Below, one piece after another: positions 25,521 through 36,863 of a DNA stretch of 64,000 bases (its first letter is position 1; every line of letters begins with the position of its first letter). Source of the DNA: Eledone cirrhosa (taxonomy: Eukaryota); NCBI GenBank assembly GCA_964016885.1, contig OZ024741.1, forward strand, positions 229,090,001 to 229,154,000, read 5' to 3'. A program made the translations under genes and the position numbers. The notes under the pieces are model-generated. The model saw only the letters and a program-made list of their open reading frames with translations, searched no databases and was not told where the DNA came from.

Positions 25521-25598
25521 CCATCGTCAGCTGTATATGTTTCCCGAACCGATATTTCCGCGCTGAATTACAGGACATCGGTGTAATTCGGGTGCGCC
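25521..25598 (-). ncRNA. Candidate non-circularly permuted hammerhead ribozyme, copy 2
   Basis: Minus strand: cccgaat-tac-accgatGTC-ctgtaa-ttcagcgcg-GAAA-tatcggt-tcggg-aaacat-atacag-CTGACGA-tgg. Confidence 0.55.
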
Positions 25599-25871
25599 CG
25601 AGGCCTTTTATTAATCGAAAGGCCAGGTGGAAAAGGAGAGAGAAAGAGAGAAAAAAAGGAGAGAGAAAAGGCAAGAGAGGGAGAGGAGGAAGAACAAGGG
25701 GGGTGAGGTGAGAGGAAGAAGGGGAAAATAAGAAAAGAATAGAAGAAAAAAACGTGTACAGGTCCCAATATATATATATACATATCAATATATACGTGAG
25801 TGTGTGTGTGTGTGTGGGTGTGTAGGTATGGAGTGGGTGGGTGTATTTATGAGTTTTACATCGAATAATAA

Positions 25872-26625
25872 TAATTTTTTCTACAAGGCCAGCAATTACA
25901 GAGTTAACCTCGGCAGGATTTGAACTCAGAATGCCAAGAGCCATAACTCTATGCTGCAAAGCATGGTCTCTGATGCTCTACCGACACTGCCAATCAACCG
26001 CCATGACACTATGTTTTGTTTTAATTTTTTTGTTTTTTTCATGACCACCGTCATCCGTTCGTTCTATCAGTGGCATCGAGGAGCAGTCAACATGTTTCTG
26101 GGGTATTACCCTTTGTCAAAACTGTGTATCTCTATGTCACTCGTTTGAACTGTTGAAAATATATAGTATTTTCTAAAGTATACATCGGCTGATTAGCCTC
26201 ATTTGCATACGGAGCGATTTTACGGCTGGTTTAGTCGAAAATTAAAGAACAAAATTAGAATTTGATTTCACGCTCTCACACAGCAGATTACATAAATGTA
26301 TGTGGCAGAGAGGTACACAGTTTTGGCAAAGAGCAATAACCCAGAAACCTGTTGACTGTTCCTCGATGCCACTGCTAGAACGAATGGATGACGATAGTCA
26401 TCGAATTAAAAAAAAACCGTAGTGAGACTGTTTGCTTGCAAATGAATTGAATAGCTTGGCAGTATCGGTAGAGCATCAGACACCATGCTTTGCAGCATAG
26501 GAGTTATGGCCCTTTATGGTCTGAGTTCAAATCCCCCCCAGGTTAACTTTGCCTTTCATCCTTACGGGGTCGATAAAGTAAAAGTACAAGTAATGCACGT
26601 GTGCCAAAAGTAGAAACAATTATTA
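25872..26625. repeat. Head-to-head SINE pair enclosing an inverted repeat
   Basis: SINE(-) 25872-26002, arms 26041-26140 and 26302-26401, SINE(+) 26456-26625. Confidence 0.8.
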
Positions 26626-26639
26626 TTATTATCATTATT

Positions 26640-27060
26640 ATTATTGTTCTTTGAGTCTCAGTCATTGATGTTATTTAGCTGGAAAGCACGTATCGGAGGG
26701 TTGTTGCTGTTCCCAGCAAGCAAGCCTTTTGAAGTGTTCCAAAAAGTGGAGCTGGACTAATCTTCTTTAACCATCCTTGGAAACTCTTTGAGATAGCACC
26801 TAGTGCGCCTATGACAATCGGGACGACCTTGCTTTCATGGCAGTTCCAAATCCTTTTAAACTCCCACTTTAAACCCCTGTATCGGTTAATTTTCTCCTTC
26901 TCCTTTTCTTGCACTCTCGTGTCAAATGGGCTGGCTACATCTACAATCAGGCACGATCTTTTTTCCCTGTCCAAAACCACCAAGTCAGGGCTATTATGTT
27001 CTAATTTCTTGTCCGTCTGTATCCTAAAATCCCATAGCACCTTCACCTGATGGTTTTCGT
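26640..27060 (-). mobile_element. R4/Dong-clade element, family A, 3' fragment
   Basis: KVLWDFRIQTDKKLEHNSPDLVVLDREKRSCLIVDVASPFD...VVPIVIGALG REL endonuclease; (TAA)n tail. Confidence 0.9.
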
Positions 27061-27134
27061 TTTCTAATTGTTATTAATAATAATAATAATAATAATAATT
27101 ATTATTATTATCATTATTATTATTATTATTATAT

Positions 27135-27985
27135 TATTATTACAGTTGCATTTATCTTGCTTTATGTTCATACGAGTTATCAGCAAGTCACAACCAGTGA
27201 CCTCAAGAGACAACAAGGTCCGCCATGTTCAAGAAAGAACATGCATACACACACATGCATCTTTAGGTGCTTAGATTTGTGATGTACTTATATTGACAGA
27301 ATCTTCTTTAGTATATGGGCAGTTCCCATTAGTACTATCTTTTGTATTTCTCCTATACGCGGGTTTCCTGGGATTTGCGATAAGTAATCATTAGACGCCT
27401 TAGGTATCATTCCTAGAGCGCCTACAACTACTGGTATTGTTTTAGTTCTCAATTTTCACATTTTTCCAATTTCTATCTCCAGGTCCTTATACTTGCTCAA
27501 TTTTTCAGATGTTTTTATAGATAGAATCTTGTCTATTGGAACGGACATATCAATTAGCAGGCATACCCTCTTTTTAAAGTCCTTCAGTATTATATCAGGT
27601 CTATTTGGATCTATTTTTCGGTCTGTTTGGATGCTAAAGTTCCACAAGATTGAGATGCGATCTTTTTCAAGTACGGGAGGTGGTTGATGCTCCCACCAAA
27701 TCTTTTGATGAGGCAGGTCAAAATGCTTACACATTATCCAATGTATGTATTGTGCAGCTCTGTCGTGCCTGTTTAGGTATTCGGTTGAAGCTATATGACT
27801 GCACATTGAAATTATATGATCAATGGTCTCTGGTTGTTTTTTACATACACGGTATAATGGGTTGCATCCAGTTTTTATTATGTTGGCTTGGTAATTTTTT
27901 GTTGGCAGACACTGATCTTGTGCTGATATAATTAGTCCTTCAGTCTCCGATTTCAGTTCAGAGGATGCCAACCATTGATGTAATT
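27135..27985 (-). mobile_element. R4/Dong-clade element, family B, 3' fragment
   Basis: LKSETEGLIISAQDQ...ETIDHIISMC...RHD...RPDIILKD...LIDMSVP...EKLSKYKDL; (TAA)n at the 3' end. Confidence 0.9.
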
Positions 27986-29087
27986 TTCTCCCTCTCCTTC
28001 TCTTGCACTCTCGTGTCGAAAGGGCAGGCCACATCCACAATCAGACACGATCTTTTTTCTTTGTCCACAACCACCAGGTCAGGTCTATTGTGTTCCAGTT
28101 TTTTGTCCGTCTGTATCCTAAAATCCCACAGCACCTTCACCTGATTGTTCTCCATCACCGCCTCTGGCCTATGCTCATACCATTTCTCAGAATGTGGTAA
28201 ATTGTTTACTTTGCACAGGTGCCAGTGGATCACCCTGCCCATCACATCGTGTCTCCAATCCTTATAGTGGGTCTGGGCTAGGTGTTTACACTCGGACACA
28301 ATGTGAGCCACAGTCTCCTCTCTCTCTCCACAGATCATGCACAGTGGGCTAGCCTCCTCCTTGTAAATATGGTGTTTCAACCACTTCGTTTTGAGGGCCT
28401 GCTCCTGCGCAGCCATTAGCATTCCTTCTGTAGCCTTTTTGAGGTCTCCTCTTCTCAACCAGTTCCATGTCTGTGGATCTCTAAATTCAGTTTTCTCAAA
28501 GAAGGTACTATGAAGGGATTTTCCCTTAAGGCTGCTCTTCCTCCTTGATGTTATTTCCTCCTTGGACATCCCTGGCCTACTGTCCCCTCCTTCAGTACAG
28601 TTCTGAGCATTGGCTCCTTACTATAGGTCACGTATTTGTATAGGTTGTTTTTCTCCATCTGAACACAGTCCTCTATGCTGATAAGACCTCTTCCACCCTC
28701 AGATCTCCTTAGGTAGAGTCTATCGACATCACTCCTCTTGTGGAACATGTTGTAGATAGTCAATAGCTTCCTAGTCTTCCTATCCATTTCGTTTTGTTCA
28801 GCAACATTCCATCTCAGAATTCCCGCACTGTACGTAATAATAGACACAGCTCGGGAATTTACTGCGCTTATGGCATTTCTGCTGTTCAGATGTGACTTCA
28901 ATACGCTCCTTACTCTCCGAATGTATTCAGTTCTTAACAATTCCTTCATTTTTTTGTTCTTTATGCCATCAGCCTCCAGAACGCCCAAATACTTGTATCC
29001 TTCCTCAGAGTCAATTTCCTTTATCATCTCACCTGTTGGTATCTGGATCCCGTTACTTCTGCTCAACCTACCCCTCCTCATCTCAAT

Positions 29088-29090
<3 letters not shown>
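27986..29090 (-). mobile_element. R4/Dong-clade element, family A, internal fragment
   Basis: YKYLGV (RT C-terminus), RLYLRRSEGGRGL, CMICGEREETVAHIVSEC, RHD, RPDLVV. Fused directly to the family B copy. Confidence 0.9.

Positions 29091-29170
<80 letters not shown>
29091..29170. repeat. (TTA)n microsatellite between R4/Dong copies
   Basis: About 26 TTA units. Confidence 0.95.
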
Positions 29171-29171
<1 letters not shown>

Positions 29172-32080
29172 TTTGAGTCTCAGTCATTGATGTTATTTAA
29201 CTGGAAAGTTTGTTGAAATGAATATCAAGCCGCCAACCTGATAGCCTCAGATATTCAGGACGTATCGGAGGGTTCTTGCTGTTACCAGCAAGCATGCCTT
29301 TTGAAGTGTTCCCAAAAGCGGGGCGCGACTAGTCTTCTTTAACCATCCCTGGAAACTCTTTGAGATAGTACCTAGTGCGCCTATGACAATCTGACATCAT
29401 GGCAGTTCCAAATCCTTTTCACCTCCCACTTTAAGTCCTGGTATCGGTTAATTTTCTCCCCCTCCTTTTCTTGCACTCTCGTGTCAAATGGGCAGGCTAC
29501 ATCCACAATCAGGCACGATCTTTTTTCCTTGTCCAAAACCACCAGGTCAGGCCTTTTGTGTTCCAGTTTCTTGTCCGTCTGTATCCTAAAATCCCACAGC
29601 ACCTTCACCTGATCGTTTTCTATCACCGACTCTGGCTTATGCTCATACCACTTCTCAGAATGTGGTAAATTGTTTACTTTGCATAGGTGCTAGTGGATCA
29701 CCCTGCCTATCACGTCATGTCTCCAGCCCTTATAGTGAGTCTGGGCTAGGTGTTTACACTCGGGTACAATGTGAGCCACAGTCTCCTCTCTCTCTCCACA
29801 GATCCTACACAGTGGGCTAGCCTCCTCCTTCTAAATATGGTGTTTCACCCACATTCGTTCTGAGGGCTTGCTCTTGCGCAGCCATTAGAATTCCTTCTGT
29901 AGCCTTTTTAAGGTCTCCTCTTTTTAACCAGTTCCATGTCTGTGGATCTCTAAATTCAGTTTTCTCAAAGAAGGTACTATGAAGGGATTTTTCATGAAGG
30001 ATGCTCTTCTTCCTTTTTGTTATTTCCTCCTTGGACATCCCCTGGTCTATTGCCATCTCCTTCAGTACAATTCTGAGCATTGGCTCCCTACTGTTAGTCA
30101 CGTATTTGTGCAGGTTGTTTTCTCCATCTGAACACAGTCCTCTATGCTGATAAGACCTCTTCCACCTTCAGATATTTTTAAGTAGAGTCTATCGACAACA
30201 CTCCTCTTGTGGAACATGCTGTAGATAGTCAATAGCTTCCTAGTCTTCCTTTCCATTTCTTTTTGTTCAGCAACACTCCATCTCAGAATTCCCGCACTGT
30301 ACCTAATAATAGACACAGCTCGGGAATTCACTGCACTTATGACATTCCTACTATTTAGATGTGATTTTAATACGCTCCTTACTCTCCGAATGTATTCAGA
30401 TCTTATCAATTCCTTCATTTTTTTGTTATTGATGTCATCAGCCTGCTGAACACCCAAATACTTGTATCCTTCTTCAGTGTCAATTTCCTTTATCATCTCA
30501 CCTGTTGGTACCTGGATTCGGTTTCTTCTGCTCAATTTACCCCTCTTCATCACTAGGACTCCACACTTACTAATACCAAATTGCATACATATATCATTGC
30601 TGAAAATACGGACAGTGTCAACAAGTACATCCGACTCTTCCCAAAGAGTTTAAGAGGAGGTGGTTGATGGTAAGCTCTCCTTTTCCTAACTTGTATCCTT
30701 TCGTAGTATAATGCTCAGGGGTATCAGCGCAAGGACAAACAACAGAGAGTACAAACTATCTCCCTGGAAGATACCTCTCTTGATCTTCACGCCTTCCAAG
30801 GATTCTCCACCCGATGTTAACTCTGTTTCCCAGGACTTCATACTTTTGCTCAACAACTGTCTGTTACTATCTGCCACCTTGAAGATCTCTAGGCTTTTGG
30901 TTATCCAAGAATGAGGTGCCATGTCGAATGCCTTTTTGTAATCTATCTATCCCATGGCAAGACCAGTGTGTCTCCTCTTGCAATTCCTCATTACCATCTT
31001 ATCAATAAATAACTGGTCTTTTGTATCACAGGACTTCTTTCGGCATCCTTTCTGTTCGTCCGGTAACACGTTGTTTGTGTGGAGGTGATGGTAGATTTCC
31101 TCAGACACAATGCTTGTTAACAGTTTCCACATTACGGACAGACATGTTATAGGTCTATAGTTGGTAACATCATTACCCTTGATTCGGTCTTTCAACTGTG
31201 GTACCTTTTGTCAACCACTCTGGTACCCCACCCGACATCAAGCAGTCACTGAACATGGTTGTCAGTTTCGGATGGAGGGATGTTATATTTTTAATCCAAT
31301 AACCCTGCACACCATCTGGGCCTGGTGATTTCCAGTCGGTTAGTCTTTTGGCCTGCCCTTTAAGAGTTTCAACTGTGATACTCAAATCAGGTTGTTGGTG
31401 TGCTTGTTCACTAATCTCCTTTTGTACTGTCTCAATCCATACTGCCTGATCATTATGTTCAACATCCTGCTCCCATATTCCTCTCCAGAATGTCTTAGTT
31501 TATTCCGCTTCAGGGATCAAGTCGTTGCCTCTTTCTTTCCCTTCAAGCTGTCCAAACATTTCCTCAATGACCGTATCTTGGTCAGCATTCATTTCCTCAA
31601 TGGCCGTATCTTTGTTCCAGATGTTATTTATTTTTCAGCATTCAGATCATTGTCTGCTTCGGATGCTTCCTCAGGTCTCTCAACCTCTTCACCTTCATTT
31701 CCCCCTGGCTCGTTTGCCTGACATACTCCACTCTCCATTTCCAACTTAATCTCTCTGCTCAGTTACTTCTGTTCCAACTCGCTTATCCATACATTAGTTC
31801 TTATTACCCGAGCCTGCCCGACCAATTTTTGTTCATCTAATTTAAATGGACCAATCTCGTCCCAGATGTTATGCATCCGTTTCCTATAGCCTTTTTCCAT
31901 GGGGTTACTCTTCGGGTAACATTCCATGACAGTTCTATTCAATTCTTTCGTCCAGTTGGTTCATGTCCCTTTCCTTCTTCTTCTTCCTCCAACACCAGCA
32001 GTATTTGGATGACAGCCAGGTCCTTGCTGCTGGGCCAGGGAGCACTTGCTGGGTGAGAGTCTTTCACATGACATTCCAGT
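29171..32080 (-). mobile_element. R4/Dong-clade element, family A, long decayed copy
   Basis: N-terminal GYRKRMHNIWDE...EQKLVGQARVI; RT motifs [35 protein letters not shown]; Zn knuckle and REL. Many frameshifts and deletions. Confidence 0.9.
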
Positions 32081-32504
32081 CTCCACTTCACCGTTATTCG
32101 AACTGTTTATGTTCGACATTTAAACACTCATATCGAGGATTGGTGAATGTATGGTTACATAACCACCGGTGATTTCATCACCCCCGGTGATTTTAGCGTG
32201 GCACCATCACGCTGTAGACGAACATAAACAAATAAACAAATCAATAAATAAAAACTTTAAAAATTAAACATAAGTTCATTGTAATGTTTGAATGCCTGAC
32301 TTTTTTTTTTCTTTTCCTTTTCGTTTTTTAAGGCCAGTAACATCGTTGCTGTTGCTGCTGCTGCTGCTGCTGCTGTGTTTGATTTTAGCTACGAGGGAAG
32401 TAGGGGTTGTTGCGTTCAAAACTTTTGAAATTTGTTTTTCTTTTGTTGTTGCATTTGTTTGTGTCTGTGTTCTGTTCTGTAATTTTTCGACTTGTTGCTT
32501 GTCA

Positions 32505-32686
32505 TTTGGCAGTATCGGTAGAGGGTCGCACGCCATGCTTTCCAGCATAGTTACGTCCATTTACCATCTGAGTTCAAATCCCGCCGAGGTTGACTTTGCC
32601 TTTCATCCTTACGGGGTCGATAAAATAAAGTACCAGTAATGCACTGGGTAATTGCTAGCCTTGTGCCTAACGCAGAAACAATTATT
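32505..32686 (+). mobile_element. Nin/Deu-domain SINE
   Basis: Head, body and tail present, ending cagaaacaattatt immediately before a Tx1 copy. Confidence 0.85.
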
Positions 32687-34726
32687 TGAGGGCAAACGCC
32701 CGAAATGCTTTCGCTGTGGGTCGAAAACTCACCTCAGGGCCTTCTGCAATGAGAAGACCCTGAGAAAGGAGAAAACCTCCCTCCTTCCGAAACCGGCTCC
32801 ACTGCTTCCAGCAACAGGACAGGCGGCAAGCAGGAAGGATAGGTCCGTGGCACCCATACCCACGCCACGGAAGTCAAGAACAGCAGCAACAGTGAAAGTA
32901 TTAACAACAACAGTAATACCAACTGCAGCTGCAACAGAGACTCCACTGCAACCATCACCAACAAGAACAAGTGAAAGAGTGGAGCTGGTACCCCTCCCCG
33001 ACCTCACGGAATCGGGTGGGAGAGGGATGGCAAAAGGTCGCAAGAGGGCACAAACGCAGAAGCAGCGCATCGTCGCCTTCAAAAATGAAGGGAAGAAATG
33101 AAAAAAATAGTGAAGGCTACTGCAAAAAGACTTACAAGAACAACACCACCAACACCATCACCACCCACACTAGCACTACCATCACCACCGGCGGCAACCC
33201 CACCGCCAACAACAACAACATCTTTAACAACATCACCACAAGCACCAACGTCGCAAACACAACAACAAAACACACACACCCGGCAACAACGACAAGAATA
33301 TAGCAGAACCAGACCACACCCCAGAAAAAGAAATGCTCAGCAATAAATACACACAACAAGAAACTAATGACTTACATAATTGAACACACAGACATTTCAC
33401 AGCACGACTACATAATACCAGCACCAATCAAAACACCAACGAACATAAGGCTGGTAAGAATATCACAGAAACAATACACAAACATTAAAATGAAATTCCC
33501 CAACGCAGTTGGTGATTTCAACCGGATGGTATACACGGATATACTCACAGAAGAGCCGACGACCAGCCGAAGGGACGATTCAACGGTCACTTCACCAGAC
33601 GATCAAGGGAAGTGATCCTTTCTCACTTGCCCCGTTCCTCACCCAACATGGCCGTATTCAGGATCGGAAGTGTAAACGACCTTAGGTCACTAAACATAGA
33701 TGTGGTGGCATTAGTTTCCAAGCGCTATCATCGAGGGATAGCGATTGGAAACTGGAATGTCTCCAGGCGCTCACTGCTCTCTGCCAGCTGGACACCAGTA
33801 TCGGTGGCACATCCACCTCGGCGTTCTATAGAGGACTAGTGGAGGGGAAGAGCGACGACGTTCTCGGAGAGATCCTGGGCGTCGAAGATCAGCTGTTTGC
33901 TCTCTTCCGGAGAACTTTCAGCCCAGGGCATATGGATAACTTCCAAAAATCCCTGACCGGGGAGCGCTGCCGGTTCGAGATAAGCTCTACAGGCACGGAA
34001 GTGCCATCAGCCGAGACTGTCCGAGATGCGCGCAGAGCGACGAAACCGTCCTGCACGCACTCGTTCAGTGCCCGAGCATTGCTGTCTTTTGGAGCTATGT
34101 CGAACAGTTGCTGTCGCGTGTAGGACTGGTCCGGTTATCGACTGAGTCCATTGTGCAGATGGTCTCGCCGTCTTCCTTCGAGGAGGAAGCGCAAGCGGTT
34201 TTCATCTGCCTGGTGGCCATGGCGAAAGAGATTGTGTGGTGGACAAGGTTGAAAGGATTAAAGACAGACACTTTCCTCTTCGGCGAATCCCTAATTAACT
34301 TTTTCAAGTTTCACTTGAAGAGGAAAATCAGGGTGGAGAGGCAAGTACTGCCTTCTAGCAAGTTTGTTGAAAGGTGGGTGAATGTAGTGAGAATGGTCCG
34401 AGTGAACGGGACCGCTCTGAATATACGTCTGTAGTTTGAGAAATGGAAACATTGAGAGAGGGCGCTTGCCCTGGTGGTCAGGGAGGCCGTGGTCTTTTGT
34501 GTGGTTTTCGCCACGAGTAACCCTCGGAGGTTTCCCCCCTATTGGGAAATTTTTCATTGTTTCAATTTTCATTTTTATTGTTTATATATATATATGTTTC
34601 TATGTCCTTTATTTTATTTTCTTATATAAATAATAAAAATATTTACACGCACAAAACCCACATCGTACCGTCCTGTGCCGCCTGTAATGTTTTTCTTGAT
34701 GTCAGCCCTTGTGGCCAATAAAGAAA

Positions 34727-34788
<62 letters not shown>
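32687..34788 (+). mobile_element. Tx1/L1-clade element, 5'-truncated, most of ORF2 deleted, (ATT)n tail
   Basis: ORF1 knuckle CFRCGSKTHLRAFC; ORF1 ends QGK* at 33615; ORF2 start MAVFRIGSVN jumps at ~33715 to the C-terminal region; tail gcccttgtggccaataaagaaatc(att)n. Confidence 0.85.
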
Positions 34789-34979
34789 GGTCTAATCGGA
34801 CGTATTTTGCTCGCTCCCAGTAAGTCGCTTTATTTGCTTGTTAAAATTATTTGTTATTAAATATTTCTTGTGTGAACAAGACTTTGCCCTATGAAGGGGA
34901 AGGTATAATATTTGGGCCTTTTGGCCCAAATATTTCAACTTTTTTTTACATGTTAAAAAGTTTACGGAGAAAAAAAAAC

Positions 34980-36832
34980 ATGGCTGAGCCACGCCCCCCG
35001 TGATATGTCTGCTGTCGTGCCACAACGACGTAGAAGTTAAGAGGAGCGATACAGCGAAATTAACACAAATTGATAACACAAATACCACCACAAACAATGT
35101 AAACAAAGACACCAATGATACCAATGAAACTCTAATTTTGAAAAAAATGACAGTAACAGCGACAACGAAAATACAGATAACAAAAAAAAAAAATAACAAA
35201 TGCAACAACAACATCAACACCACTAACATGAAAACAAATAGCGACAACAGCATCAATACCAACTGCACCGAGAACAACGGTGGCAAAAAGACAACAATGA
35301 TAACAGTGACAGTCATAACAACAACACCAACAAGAACAACGACAACGACAACAACACCCCCAACGAAAACAAGAAGAACACTTTCGCTGCGGCAGCAGCA
35401 AAAAAGAGGCCATGCTTCAACATGGACCTCTCAAACGAAGATGAAAAGTTGGCCCAGGCATGGAAGCTCATCAAGCAAGAGCAAACCTGGGCCAACTTAA
35501 CTGTCCCGGTTGAAGCTATTGAGGCAGTGGAGCGCAGAACGGTGCACAAACCAAGAAGATATCGAAGTCGCGCTGAGGTGCATCAGAGAAGACACCGAAT
35601 GCAAAACCAGCAAGGTCATAATGTACCCCTCCCACATGGGAAAAAGAACGGCCCGTCTCCGCATTCCCAGAATCCCACCAGGACTTGACATGTGGTGGCT
35701 TCTGGGATGTGTGATTGTGTAGGGGAGGAATACCGTCCCTATACAAGTGACTAGAATGGCCAGAGGGGACTGGTCCGGGGTTGACCTGGAGATCCTTACC
35801 AGATCAGGCCCAAGAATGTGAAGACAATCCCGGACCACATCCGCCTCCAGAATGGGAGGGTCATTCACATTATGACCGAAGGTAAAAGGCCGCAGTGTTT
35901 TGTTTGTGGGGAAAAAACCCATTTGCGAGCCTTCTGCCCTCAACTGCTGAAAGAGGCAAGGGGTTGAAAGGCTTCACTGCTGCCGACGCCGGGGCGAGGA
36001 CCACTACCAACACCAGCACCGGCAAAACTACCATCAACAACACCAATAGAAACACCACCACCAACATTGACCACCCAGGAGGGAAACGAGGAAAGCTGCC
36101 AAATTCCCCCTCCCCCCAAAAATACACACACCAATAAAACCATAAACATATATACAGACACACTTACAGACACAGACCCCTCATCTACCAGTAGTGAAGT
36201 TGGGGGAAATCCAAAATACCCCAAAATACAAAAAAAAGGAAACACAAAAAGAAAAAGAAAACTCAACAAAGCACAAAATCACCCCCAATAAAAACACAGA
36301 CACCACCCACGTAAACATCTCTCCAATAACATCAACATCAACACCACCATCACCATCACCAGAATCCCCCAAACGCAAACAACCGAAACAGACGCAAGAA
36401 CAAATATACGCACAAACATCTCAAACCACAGACACCGCACTCACAACAAACACAGATACAACCGAAACACCACCACCAAAACCATCAACACCACAGCCAC
36501 GCAAACAAATAAAATCAGACCAACAAAACATACAAAACTTCGTGCTCGTCAGGAGGGCCAACAAGGAACTGATGGCCCTCGTAGCACGAAGTGAAAATAT
36601 ACAAAAAAAAGAGGGAAATTTTTAAATCGAGCACATTTCGCGTGCCGGAAGATTTGGTTCTGGAGCGAATGTCGCTCGACATATTCAAAGAAATACGAGA
36701 CAGCTTTCCTCGGGACGTCGGAACCCCGAACGTAAAACCCACTTCAAGACTTTTAAAGGGGTTCCCAAAGAAACACCACTAACTATGGAGGTCGAACAAC
36801 CCGACCTTCACAAGAGCCCGGAAGGTAAGTAA
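34980..36832 (+). pseudogene. Tx1 ORF1 (gag-like, CCHC knuckle), frameshifted
   Basis: N/T-rich N-terminus, GKRTARLRIPRIPPGLD, RPQCFVCGEKTHLRAFC (~35888-35940), T/P-rich tail, ends PEGK*. Confidence 0.75.
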
Positions 36833-36863
36833 ACCTTCCTCTCTCTCTGTTTAACCTGCCAAC

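Larger units (their letters stand above)
24640..25767 (-). mobile_element. Non-coding element with ~340-bp direct terminal repeats, each carrying a permuted-hammerhead candidate
   Basis: 24645-24979 and 25428-25767 are direct repeats (ttatgaaacgaaagga...gtacaggtccca). Flanked by TA-rich runs. No recognisable coding domain. Confidence 0.7.

Noticed and set aside
36820-36835. Conserved GGTAAGTA splice-donor-like motif between Tx1 ORF1 and ORF2 (also minus ~56973-56980)
   Set aside because: The third copy reads GGG AAG TGA (33607-33615). All three encode Gly-Lys-stop, so the conservation is better explained by the ORF1 C-terminus.
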